A program made the position numbers and the translations under genes. From the NCBI GenBank assembly GCA_963708295.1, contig CAVPSJ010000007.1, forward strand, positions 32,001 through 96,000: a stretch of 64,000 nucleotides of DNA. The letters run 5' to 3'. The number at the start of each line of letters is the position of its first letter. Within the stretch, counting starts at the first letter, position 1. Source of the DNA: an uncultured delta proteobacterium. Its GTDB lineage: Bacteria > Desulfobacterota > BSN033 > UBA1163. Shown here one piece after another: positions 1-9,154 of this stretch. The notes below the pieces were generated by a model, which saw only the letters and a list, made by a program, of their open reading frames with translations, had not been told where the DNA came from and did no database searches.

Positions 1-672
1 GGAGGCTCGCGCTGGTACATCCTGAGGGCATTGGAGGCCAGCCTGAAAAGGCTCCAGACCGATTACGTGGACCTGTATCAAATGCATCAACCTGACCCGA
101 CGACTTGCATCGAAGAATCTCTTCGCGCCCTTGACGATCTGGTGAAATCCGGTAAGGTGCGTTACCTCGGCTGTTCCAACTTTGCCGGCTGGCAGCTTTC
201 AGAGGCGCTGTGGACATCCCGCATCAACAGTCTGAATTCTTTCGTAACGGTGCAACCCAAATACAACCTCTTTGAGCGCCAGATTGAACAGGAGTTGGTC
301 CCCTGCTGCAAGGCCCACGGTATTGGCGTTATCCCCTGGGGGCCCCTTTCGGGCGGTTTCCTCACAGGCAAATATCGACGCGGTGAGCAACCTCCGACCC
401 CGGCCCCGGGTGCAAGGCCACCCAAGGCCTTCCTTTACCTTTACAGCCCCGTGATGACGGACACGAACTGGGAAAGGCTCGCCAAGCTTGATGCCTTTGC
501 AAGAGCCCGCGGTCGCAAAGTCGCTGACCTGGCTATCGCTTGGCTGCTCTCCCACCCCTGGCTGAGTACGGTGATTCCCGGCGCCACAAAGCCGGAGCAG
601 CTGGATGCAAACCTCATCGGCGCCGAATGGAAACTGACCCCGGAGGAAGTCGCCCAGATCGAGCAGATATAG
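1..672 (+). CDS. Aldo/keto reductase (5' end outside the window)
   Basis: Open frame from base 1; AKR motifs SLKRLQTDYVDLYQMH, GKVRYLGCSN, PWGPLSGGFLTGKY, IPGATKPEQL. Confidence 0.93.
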   Translation, partial: GGSRWYILRALEASLKRLQTDYVDLYQMHQPDPTTCIEESLRALDDLVKSGKVRYLGCSNFAGWQLSEALWTSRINSLNSFVTVQPKYNLFERQIEQELVPCCKAHGIGVIPWGPLSGGFLTGKYRRGEQPPTPAPGARPPKAFLYLYSPVMTDTNWERLAKLDAFARARGRKVADLAIAWLLSHPWLSTVIPGATKPEQLDANLIGAEWKLTPEEVAQIEQI

Positions 673-710
673 TTTTGAATTCCGAGATCCGCACCAATGA
701 GATGATCTCC

Positions 711-2252
711 TCACTCCGGCTGCTTCAGATACATTTCGAGGCGGCAATTGAAGCCTCCGAGATCAATCACCTTCCGGTACTTCAATTTGAGCGATGGGTC
801 CAGGGGTTCTATGCGCAGGGGGTTGGCAAATATGAGCCGTCCCCCAGGCTTTAACACTTCGGCAGCGGCGACAAAAAGATCCCCAAACAATCCGCGGAGG
901 TTGGGGATACGAATTCGCCTTCCCATGGGAGGGTTGGTGATGATGAGGGTAACGCTCTTGGGTCCCAGGCCTTCCATCTTGACATGGTCGCGAAAATCAC
1001 AGCAGGCGAGCTTCGCCCGAATGTTCTTCAATTTCGCGGCGGCAAGGTTGGCCCGGCAAATGGCAATGGCATCGGGGCTGAGATCCGTTCCGTAGATGCT
1101 CTGTACGCCGCCCAGCAGTGCCCTTTCTATTAGCTCTAAACCCGATCCGCAGAACGGGTCCCAGACGATCTCATGGTTGTCCCTTCTGCCCAGGCGGGCC
1201 ATACAGGCGGCCAACGGAGGGTGGGAGGCTGCACGAATGTCCTGCTCGCGATAGGTAAATCGCGGATCGGGCGTCAGCTTCGGGCGCAATTCGACAGAAA
1301 TTCCATGTCCGGTGGGGAGGAAATCCATCGACCAGGGAGCGCTTCGCGGATCGTTGAGAATGTCCGGGCACATCGCATAGGCCCGATTCGCCAGGAGACG
1401 AACAGCGCCCCTCTGGTGCCCCTTGTCAACAAACTCCAGACGATAGCGAATGGATCCCTCTGTGAAAGCTGCCAGAACAGATCGCGACAGGGGCGAAGTC
1501 ATCATTGACGCCAGACCATCAAGGGACTCTGTCGGGTCGGACTTCCGAACCTGGCCAAGAAAAAAGCCAACGGTGGCAAAACATCGAAGGGTATAAATGT
1601 CGTCCAGAGAAAAGGGCGCCACCGGTGTGATCGCGACCAGGCCGCTCCGCACCTCTACGATGCGGAATTTCCCGTGCTTCGCCGTATCCTCTTTCACTTC
1701 ATCGTGGAGAATCTCTTCCAGCCCCTTGCGGCAGTGCAAATGGATCCGCAAGCGGGTGAAATCGGAGAGGATCCTTTCCATTCGAATGACGCTCGGCCTT
1801 TCCCTGCGCGCCACACTGGCTTTCACCTTCTGTTCGGTTTGTGGAAGGAAGCCACGGTCCCCGGCCACGACATCCAGCGTAGCCGTTCCGCCGATTTTTT
1901 CCAGAGCCTGACCCAGGTATTTCTTCTCGCGCTCGACCGTGGTTGTCCGCAACAAGGAAAGCAGCGTCTCTTCCTCCCTGGTGCCGGCGCCAAGCTTTGG
2001 CAACGCCGTCATGGCATAGCGTCTCACTTTCTCGCTTGGATCCTGCAATAGACGAACAAGCCACGACCTCGCCTCGGCTTTCTGCTTCGCAGTCCCCACC
2101 TCGGAAAAGACGACGCCCACTGCGCGAATGACCGCCACTCGTTTTACTCGCTCCTCGGGAGTGGATCGATCGAACCGTGCGACCTCGTCGTTCCATAACC
2201 TTTCACACGATAAGCCGCGCAACCCGCGATAAAGTTCCTTGTCGGTTTTCAT
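711..2252 (-). CDS. HEAT-repeat-containing class I SAM-dependent (probably RNA) methyltransferase, TRM11/RlmL-like C-terminus
   Basis: N-terminal HEAT-like LLQDPSEKVRRYAMTALPKLG; C-terminal DPFCGSG (SAM binding) and ITNPPMG (amino-MTase motif IV); start placed at MKTDKE. Confidence 0.75.
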   Translation of the reverse strand: MKTDKELYRGLRGLSCERLWNDEVARFDRSTPEERVKRVAVIRAVGVVFSEVGTAKQKAEARSWLVRLLQDPSEKVRRYAMTALPKLGAGTREEETLLSLLRTTTVEREKKYLGQALEKIGGTATLDVVAGDRGFLPQTEQKVKASVARRERPSVIRMERILSDFTRLRIHLHCRKGLEEILHDEVKEDTAKHGKFRIVEVRSGLVAITPVAPFSLDDIYTLRCFATVGFFLGQVRKSDPTESLDGLASMMTSPLSRSVLAAFTEGSIRYRLEFVDKGHQRGAVRLLANRAYAMCPDILNDPRSAPWSMDFLPTGHGISVELRPKLTPDPRFTYREQDIRAASHPPLAACMARLGRRDNHEIVWDPFCGSGLELIERALLGGVQSIYGTDLSPDAIAICRANLAAAKLKNIRAKLACCDFRDHVKMEGLGPKSVTLIITNPPMGRRIRIPNLRGLFGDLFVAAAEVLKPGGRLIFANPLRIEPLDPSLKLKYRKVIDLGGFNCRLEMYLKQPE

Positions 2253-2490
2253 GGGCGAATGGAAACAGGGGGTTATTTCTAAACAATCTCCGAAACGCAA
2301 ATAAAATGGTAGCACAAACCTCCTTAAAGAATCCACATCGCCCGTAACCTCATCGGGCTGTCGAGTGATTCAACGGAATCATCGATCTTTCCCTTTTCTT
2401 GGCAACTTTCCCGGAGGTTGCCGTCAACATTCCGAAATGCAAAGAGCAAATCAAGGAATCAGGAACCAGAGGGGAGTGGGGTGGGACTAA

Positions 2491-2997
2491 TTAGAAAAAT
2501 GAGATTCTGGATCCAAATACCATTTGATAAAGGAATAAGGCCAGGAGCAGTATATTCAGAAGGAGGGAGGCGGTGAGAAGTCCTTTTGTGATTTTGTTGC
2601 CGGACTTCGTCTGCTTTTGATCGACCGGAATCGTTTTATCCGCGAGCGCAGCCCTGCTCTCCGCTTCTTCTCGCTCATCGAGAATCTTCGTGATCGTTCG
2701 GGTCAGTTTTTCATAATCCAGTTCCTTCTTCTCTTTGGGAATCGCTTCCTTAATCAGGTCGAGAAGTTCAGCTCGGATGGCGTCCGTAATTCCTTTCTTC
2801 AGTTTGGAAGAGAGTCGCTCCACCTCTTTTCGGATGGACTGCTCCGCTTGTCTTGATATTCCGTCCGCGGTTGTCTTTAGTTTCGCGGTGATCTCGGAAT
2901 CAACGGCCGCCTGTAGTTCCTCCTTAATATATTTTGCATAGATCTCCCCGAAGATTTCCTGTATTTCGGTTTTGTATTCCTGGCTTAAGCTCCCCAT
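2491..2997 (-). CDS. Helical/coiled-coil protein with a single C-terminal transmembrane anchor
   Basis: Charged helical body, then GLLTASLLLNILLLALFLYQMVF; SD GGAGG upstream; 24 bp after the dynamin-like gene. Confidence 0.75.
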   Translation of the reverse strand: MGSLSQEYKTEIQEIFGEIYAKYIKEELQAAVDSEITAKLKTTADGISRQAEQSIRKEVERLSSKLKKGITDAIRAELLDLIKEAIPKEKKELDYEKLTRTITKILDEREEAESRAALADKTIPVDQKQTKSGNKITKGLLTASLLLNILLLALFLYQMVFGSRISFF

Positions 2998-3021
2998 GGC
3001 CCGGGCTTCCCCTCCGACGAT

Positions 3022-4866
3022 TTAGTGATCGGTATATTCGAGATATTTTAGGATTCCCCAGAGTTCCAGAAATCCTTTCAGCTTGATGTCGGTGCCGTCG
3101 TTTTTCCGGGGTTCTCTCCAGCCCCGGAGGGCTTTTAAAAAATCCTGCCTCAGTTGACCGTTCATCTGGGTCAGTGCGCCCGTGCTCTTCAACATTTCCT
3201 TCCCAAACAAGGACAGTTTCTTGAATTCCTCCTCGGCTTGACCCAGTTCCGCTGCCGCCCGTTCCTTTTTCTCTTCGTATTCCTGCGCGATGTCCCTTTC
3301 CCAGCCTCGTTTGAGCTCGCTGAATTGCTTTTGGACCGAAGCCTCAAGTTCTTCGATGTAATTTCTCAAGGGGGCGACCGGAACGCAATCCAACCCCTGC
3401 GCAAAAGACGTTTTCAGCTCTCGATTGACTCCCATATGGCAGAAATCCTTGATGTTTGACCAGAGCGGGTTTACCTTTAACTCTAATATTTTTTCTCTTA
3501 CACCCTTACTGTGAAATAATGCGGCTAAGAGAGAAGAGATTTCTTCCGGTTTCAGCGCCGAGTTTTTTATCTTGCTCCCGAGTTTATCGACCAGCGCGGA
3601 AACATAATCAGCCAAGTCTCTGACACTCCGATTGTAACGGTCGTTGGATCTATTGTCTACAATCTTCTCGCAGAGGCGGTTGATTTCCTCCCTGAGACCG
3701 TCGAAATTCACGATGTCCTCCAGAACGGGAAGGCCTGCCATTCTGTCTTTCTGACGCTCTCCCAGCACCTCCAAACTCCTTTTGACCGTATCCAGGGCGC
3801 CGCGGAGGTCCTTCTTTTTTCGAGAAAGTGAAGGCCTGAAGATTTCAAGCACCTGAATCAGTTTATCGGAGGCGTTTCCAAAATTAAGCAGATGTATCTT
3901 TCTGGCGTTCTCCGCAAGATGTCTTTCGATCTCCAGCAGACTCTTTTCCGTCAGCGTTTTGTAACGGAGGTAGCCGTTCTTCTGGCTCTTGAAAACAGAA
4001 AACAAGAAGCCAGAAAAACCCAGGTCCGTCTCCCTGGCATAGGTCAGGAATTTTTCGCGAATGAAAGTCTCGGGGTCCTCCAGGCCATGATCGCGGCAAG
4101 TCTTATCGAGCTGGTCAAAGAAATTCGAGACAAAGACGAGCCTTTCCCTTTCGATTTCTCGAGTCAGATGGCGGTTGTCATCCAAGACTTTCAGAGATTC
4201 CGACAGGTTGGGTTCGTTTCCGATCAGTATCCACAGAATGAGAGAGTGGTTAAACATTCTCACCGTCACTTCCTCTTCCGTCTCGGATTTCCACGACGCC
4301 AGCCCTGGCGTATCGTAAATCATATAATCTTTAAAAAACCTTACCGGGTAAAAGAGATCGATATAGTCGATGTGCTGAATCGGGTCGTATTCCCGTTCCG
4401 GATCGGCTTGGATGAGCCTGTGAAAGAGCTCGATGCCGGGCTCAGCCTCAAGAGGGATCTCAATACTGCTTTTTTTCTCGTCGAACCTTGCTTCATCCCA
4501 GCAGACCTCTTTCCTGAGGGACGCCGGGAGGGAACTCTGGGGGGAAAGTTTGAGGGAAGCCTTCTTTTCATTGCTGTGCTGAAGTCTTAGGATCCTGCGT
4601 GTTTCCGTCTTGCAGGTTTCAGGAATCACTTTGAGCCCGTCGCCCTCAAGGATGTAGTTCAGGAAGGAGGACTTCCCGGAACTCGTTTTCCCTGCGAGGT
4701 AGATGCTTTTTCGTTTCGAGGAAATCTCCTCGATGAAAAGCTCTACGAGCCTGACCAATCTCCGGCCTTCTTTCTCCTCGACCAATCCCCATTCGTCGGA
4801 GTCTCTGACGCATTGCAGCGTCTCAGCGAGTTGCCCCGCATAGGGACTGATGGCGTCAACCAACAT
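3022..4866 (-). CDS. Bacterial dynamin-like GTPase (second of pair)
   Basis: G1 GKTSSGKSS, G2 Thr (KTET), G3 DTPG, G4-like NFFD, long helical C-terminal stalk; SD AGGAG. Confidence 0.8.
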   Translation of the reverse strand: MLVDAISPYAGQLAETLQCVRDSDEWGLVEEKEGRRLVRLVELFIEEISSKRKSIYLAGKTSSGKSSFLNYILEGDGLKVIPETCKTETRRILRLQHSNEKKASLKLSPQSSLPASLRKEVCWDEARFDEKKSSIEIPLEAEPGIELFHRLIQADPEREYDPIQHIDYIDLFYPVRFFKDYMIYDTPGLASWKSETEEEVTVRMFNHSLILWILIGNEPNLSESLKVLDDNRHLTREIERERLVFVSNFFDQLDKTCRDHGLEDPETFIREKFLTYARETDLGFSGFLFSVFKSQKNGYLRYKTLTEKSLLEIERHLAENARKIHLLNFGNASDKLIQVLEIFRPSLSRKKKDLRGALDTVKRSLEVLGERQKDRMAGLPVLEDIVNFDGLREEINRLCEKIVDNRSNDRYNRSVRDLADYVSALVDKLGSKIKNSALKPEEISSLLAALFHSKGVREKILELKVNPLWSNIKDFCHMGVNRELKTSFAQGLDCVPVAPLRNYIEELEASVQKQFSELKRGWERDIAQEYEEKKERAAAELGQAEEEFKKLSLFGKEMLKSTGALTQMNGQLRQDFLKALRGWREPRKNDGTDIKLKGFLELWGILKYLEYTDH

Positions 4867-4937
4867 TTATTCCACTCTCCTGAAGGTCGTTTGAACACCG
4901 CCCCCACAAATCACCGCAGAGGGGAACCCTAGAACCT

Positions 4938-7265
4938 TTACCCTCCATGATTGGATTCCGCATCGGGAGGAGGAAGGGGGCCAGAGGTTTTGAATTGAAG
5001 CTGATAGGTCTCGAAGATATGGATCGCGCGATCGCAAAGCCCCATGCCCTTTGAAGCCTCATCGGATTCCCTGCTTTTCGGCTTAAATGTTTCTTCCAAT
5101 CCTTCGAAGATCGCATTCTGGACCTCTTCATAGGTCGGTTCAAGAATTTTCTTAAAATGGTCAAAGAAGTCGTCTTGGTTCTCCACGATGGCGCTTTCCA
5201 GCTTTCCCTTCAGCTCATCCAGCATGTCGTTCAGCATCAAACCGAGGTCGACCAAATCCTTGACGATCAGCAGCCATCCGACGAAAGGGATCCCTTTGGC
5301 GGGTGCAATCTCCGCCTGCTCTTTCGCGTAATCCAGGCTGAGCTTGACGAAGATTTTCCTGAACATCTTTACAAAGAGCTTCTTAAATTTGGTCATCCCC
5401 CTCTTTCTCATGTCGGAGGCTGCCATTTTTTTGACCAGGCCCCCCATCATTTTTCCCAGCTTATCCATCAGGTCCTTCACGACCTCATTGACCCCTGAGT
5501 CGTCAAACCTGGCGTGCTTGACGCCGCCCTTCGCGTTCACCCCGTCGCGTTTTCCCTTTCCTATTCTGAATTCCTTCGTTCCGATCTTTTCGCCGCCAAG
5601 AGATCCCAGAGTGACCTCAGCAATGATATTCTTGACCTCCTCGACCGCCTCCGCAATGAGGCGCTCCGTCTTCGCCTCCGCCAGGGTTTCGAACTCCGCA
5701 TCGATAATCCTGCTGATCTCCCTCATCACAGGCCCCTCGTCATCGCCCCGGAAAATCTGTGGAGTCATCTGCTTTAAGAATTCTTTCCAGAGATCTTTCT
5801 TGCCGATTCTTTTGCCGATCTCTTCGAGTATTCTCTTTACGAGATTCTCGCTCATCTGCATGGAGTACCTTTGGATTTTCGCAAGATACCACTCCCGGTA
5901 GTTCCGGCGGATCGCCTCCTTCAAGGCCTCCCTTTTCTCCCGCTCCTTTGCAAATGCCCGATCTTTTTCCTCGATGACCTTCTGGTATTCACCCCTTTTT
6001 CCATTTATGGCCGACAGGATATTCTGTTGCCCGTAGAGACGGGTCACTCCGTTTTTGACCCTCGCGATCTTCTCTTGAAGCGACCGGTTGAAAATCACCT
6101 CCTGCGCAAAGTGCTCGATGGCAGGCAGCATGGAGCTCTCGAAGGAAAGGGATCTCCCTTTTTCCGTCAGGACATATCCGCGGTCCTTCTTTTTGATAAA
6201 ACGATTTGTGTAAAGCCAATGGAGGAACCGGTCTCTGTCGAATGGAGCCTTTTTTTCTGTCAGGCCACCGTCGTCACAGCCGTTCCAAAGTGAAAATTCG
6301 TTCATCACGGAATCCTCATCGGAAAATGGAAATCCATGGCTCAAATAGTTCCAAACCATTCTTAACCCGGCTTCCTCGCCCGGCAGAATGTCATCCGAGT
6401 TGGCGAGGATTTGGTCGGGCTTCATCCCCAGTGCGGATTCAGCCGCCAGCCCGTTATAAACGAAAAAACAGATGCGTTCCTTTCCTCCAAACTCCTTTCT
6501 GAGAAGCAACTTCTTCTCGGTCTCTTCAAAAAATTCCTTAAGCACATCCCTCACTCCGTTCACACCGTCGCTCTGGTAGAGATCGTCGGCGAATCCGAGG
6601 ACACCGATAATGTTTCCATTATCCCGATGGATCAGGGGAATCAGTCTCGTGTTGAATGAATCGAGGATCTGGTTCCGTTTGTTCATCCATACAACCAGAT
6701 CCGCCCCTATGAATAAGTGCTTGATTTTCTGTAGAAAATCCGCAGTCACGGTGTTCAATCCGGGCGTATTAATGAATTGAATCGACTGGAGCAGCGGATT
6801 GCGGGAATAGATTTCAAAGAATGCGATCGAGTCCCGATAAGCGGCGTTTTTCTTAAGCTCGCCGTTGGTGCTCAAGTCGATGCGTTTGTAGAATTCATCG
6901 CGGCTGATCCATTCCTCCGTATAAACACCTTCTCGGTCGGTGAAATACTTGACGCTGGCCTTCTTCTCTAGCTCGGCATTTTCCGTGTGGGACAGTTTGA
7001 TGATACTTCCTTCTGTTTCATCATAATGGCTGGTCATAATGGGCTCACCGAGCAGAAGGTTAATGAGGGTAGATTTTCCCGTTCCTTGCACACCGACGAC
7101 GGCTATCTTAAAGGGTTCGGTGAGAGAATCCCTGAGCGCGTCTATTTTCTCCAGCCCTTCACCGAAGATTTCAAGAAGATCCTTCTGCCCCGCCCTGGAT
7201 TTCATTAAGGCCTTTAATTCGTCCGACATGGCTGTCAGGGTATCGGCAATCCTCTCTCTCTCCAA
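4938..7265 (-). CDS. Bacterial dynamin-like GTPase (first of pair) with C-terminal hydrophobic paddle
   Basis: G1 GVQGTGKST, G2 Thr (ETEG), G3 NTPG, helical stalk, hydrophobic IPFVGWLLIVKDLVDLGLML; start moved to the TTG at 7265 (SD GGAGA) because the longer ORF runs across a promoter motif. Confidence 0.8.
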   Translation of the reverse strand: MERERIADTLTAMSDELKALMKSRAGQKDLLEIFGEGLEKIDALRDSLTEPFKIAVVGVQGTGKSTLINLLLGEPIMTSHYDETEGSIIKLSHTENAELEKKASVKYFTDREGVYTEEWISRDEFYKRIDLSTNGELKKNAAYRDSIAFFEIYSRNPLLQSIQFINTPGLNTVTADFLQKIKHLFIGADLVVWMNKRNQILDSFNTRLIPLIHRDNGNIIGVLGFADDLYQSDGVNGVRDVLKEFFEETEKKLLLRKEFGGKERICFFVYNGLAAESALGMKPDQILANSDDILPGEEAGLRMVWNYLSHGFPFSDEDSVMNEFSLWNGCDDGGLTEKKAPFDRDRFLHWLYTNRFIKKKDRGYVLTEKGRSLSFESSMLPAIEHFAQEVIFNRSLQEKIARVKNGVTRLYGQQNILSAINGKRGEYQKVIEEKDRAFAKEREKREALKEAIRRNYREWYLAKIQRYSMQMSENLVKRILEEIGKRIGKKDLWKEFLKQMTPQIFRGDDEGPVMREISRIIDAEFETLAEAKTERLIAEAVEEVKNIIAEVTLGSLGGEKIGTKEFRIGKGKRDGVNAKGGVKHARFDDSGVNEVVKDLMDKLGKMMGGLVKKMAASDMRKRGMTKFKKLFVKMFRKIFVKLSLDYAKEQAEIAPAKGIPFVGWLLIVKDLVDLGLMLNDMLDELKGKLESAIVENQDDFFDHFKKILEPTYEEVQNAIFEGLEETFKPKSRESDEASKGMGLCDRAIHIFETYQLQFKTSGPLPPPDAESNHGG

Positions 7266-7411
7266 ATTTCGTTCTCCAAAGTCGCCCCCTTTTTCCAAAA
7301 CTTCCTCTCTCCTCAAAAGCGAATGACCAGGCTTATTTGAAATGGAATTTCCTCTCGCTCTTTGCAACGTTGTCGCAGGATATGGGAGATTCTTCACGGT
7401 GGCAATAATCA

Positions 7412-7427
7412 AGCATTTTTTGTGCCA
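7412..7427 (-). promoter_or_regulatory. Putative sigma54 (-24/-12) promoter of the dynamin operon
   Basis: Minus strand TGGCAC-AAAAA-ATGCT; GG and GC separated by the canonical 10 nt. Confidence 0.55.
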
Positions 7428-7567
7428 GAAGTGGACGTCTATAACTGCATGGTTTAAAAGGCTTTCTGCCAAAAAGAGGAAATCGAACTGGTCAGAAATC
7501 GGCCAAAAATGTCCTAAGTGTGATGAATTGTACTAAAGGGATAAGGAAGGTTAAAGAAGGAAAAAGA

Positions 7568-7675
7568 AGATAGGGATGCGGTGATAGGGGACCAAAAAGA
7601 ATATGATGGAGAGTCAGGGAAATGAGGGGATGGAACCACCTCTCCCCATCTCCTTATCACCCTATTCCCCCATCT
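7568..7675. repeat. Imperfect inverted array of about 8-nt repeats directly downstream of the argJ stop
   Basis: agatagggatgcggtgatagggga ... tccttatcaccctattcccccatct. Confidence 0.6.
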
Positions 7676-7680
7676 GTCTA

Positions 7681-8901
7681 TTAGGAGCGATAGGAGGCGT
7701 TAATTTTGACATAATCGATGGAGAAATCGGAAGTGAGGACTGAGAATTCGCTCTTGCCCTGATGGAGATCAACCGTAACCTTGAAGGATTTGTTTTTGAG
7801 AGTCTGACCGGCCCGCTCTTCTATCCTACCGCCTACTCCCATTCCTTTTTTCACGATGGGAGCTTTATCAAAATAGACGTCAACTTTGTTCGGATCGATG
7901 TGCGCGCCGGAATAGCCCAGAGCGCAAAGAATCCTCCCCCAGTTGGCATCCTCCCCGAAGAATGCCGTCTTCACCAGCGGCGAATGGGCAACCGAATAAG
8001 CCGCCTGTTTGGCCTCTTCCTTGTTTCGGGCACCCCGGATCAGGATTTCGACGAATTTCGTCGCCCCCTCTCCATCCTTTACCACACTTTCGGCCAGACT
8101 CCGGCAGACTTTTGAAAGCATCGACTGGAATGCCTCGCCATCCCGGTCCATACGGCTCAAAAAGGGATGGCCTGCCTTTCCGTTGGCTAAAAGCAATACC
8201 GTGTCATTGGTACTGGTTTCCCCGTCCACCGTAATCCGGTTGTACGATGCCTCAGCCGCCTCTCTCAGCATTCGTTGGAGAAGGGGAGTTTTAATGCGGG
8301 CGTCCGTGACCAGGAAGGAGAGCATCGTTGCCACATCGGGGCGAATCATTCCTGCGCCCTTGACCATCCCGCAGAGCTTCACCTGTTTTCCCTTGATGCG
8401 GCAGGTCGCCACTTCAACCTTCGGAAAGGTATCTGTGGTCATAATCGCTTCTACCGTACTCATCCAACCTTCCGGAGAAAGGCGAACCACCAATTCCGGA
8501 ACTCCTTCCTCAATCTTCTTGATCGGGAGGGGGCTCCCGATCACTCCGGTCGAGGAAGAAAACACCAGCCCTTCGTCGATCCCCAGGCGCTCTGCGACAA
8601 CCAAAGTCATCCTTTTGGCGTCTTCCAGCCCTCGGCTCCCCGTACAGGCATTCGCATTTCCGCTGTTCACAACGATGGCCTGGCAGAGGCCTCTCTTCAT
8701 ACGCGCTCGATCCAATTGTACGGGGGCTGCTTTCACGGCATTGGTGGTGAAAAGCCCGGCCACCTGGGCGGGAACCTCGGAATAAATCAAGCCTAAATCT
8801 CTCTTTCCATTCTTCTTAATCCCCGCGGCAATCCCTGAAAAAAGAAAACCCGGCACCCTAAAATCAAGTGGCTTCATCTTACGTCTCGCTTTTGCTCCCA
8901 T
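7681..8901 (-). CDS. argJ: Bifunctional glutamate N-acetyltransferase / ornithine acetyltransferase
   Basis: NSGNANACTG, IMTTDT, KGAGMIRPDVATML, DGETSTND, DGEGATK, DANWGRI, YVKINASYRS. Confidence 0.97.
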   Translation of the reverse strand: MGAKARRKMKPLDFRVPGFLFSGIAAGIKKNGKRDLGLIYSEVPAQVAGLFTTNAVKAAPVQLDRARMKRGLCQAIVVNSGNANACTGSRGLEDAKRMTLVVAERLGIDEGLVFSSSTGVIGSPLPIKKIEEGVPELVVRLSPEGWMSTVEAIMTTDTFPKVEVATCRIKGKQVKLCGMVKGAGMIRPDVATMLSFLVTDARIKTPLLQRMLREAAEASYNRITVDGETSTNDTVLLLANGKAGHPFLSRMDRDGEAFQSMLSKVCRSLAESVVKDGEGATKFVEILIRGARNKEEAKQAAYSVAHSPLVKTAFFGEDANWGRILCALGYSGAHIDPNKVDVYFDKAPIVKKGMGVGGRIEERAGQTLKNKSFKVTVDLHQGKSEFSVLTSDFSIDYVKINASYRS

Positions 8902-8931
8902 TATCGATTGAATGAATCGATAGGTGGACTC

Positions 8932-9146
8932 ATGTCAAATGTCAAAGTCTAAAGTCCAAATGAAATCCAAAGCTCAAATGGCAAAGAAAAAAGAGGAAGA
9001 ATGGAATAATGGAACATTGGAATACGGGGTTAAAAAAACATTCTTCGTATCTCTCTCATCATCCCTTCATTCCATCATTTCAGGACTATTTTTTATTTTG
9101 ATATTTTGTCATTCATTTGACATTTGAACTTTGAAATTTGAAATTT
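8932..9146. repeat. Nested inverted tandem-repeat element (outer TCAAATG-type 7-mers, inner AATGGAAT-type 8-mers)
   Basis: atgtcaaatgtcaaagtctaaagtccaaatgaaatccaaagctcaaatggc ... tttgacatttgaactttgaaatttgaaattt; inner gaatggaataatggaacattgg ... cttcattccatcatttc. Confidence 0.85.
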
Positions 9147-9154
9147 CTCATTAT

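Noticed and set aside
7266-7472. 69-aa N-terminal extension of the 844-aa ORF
   Set aside because: No SD at 7472, it crosses the sigma54 motif, and an SD-TTG start exists at 7265
8924-9127. 67-aa ORF MDSCQMSKSKVQMKSKAQM, and similar ORFs at 51535-52170 and 32934-33125
   Set aside because: Translations of the repeat elements or antisense frames, with no protein-like features
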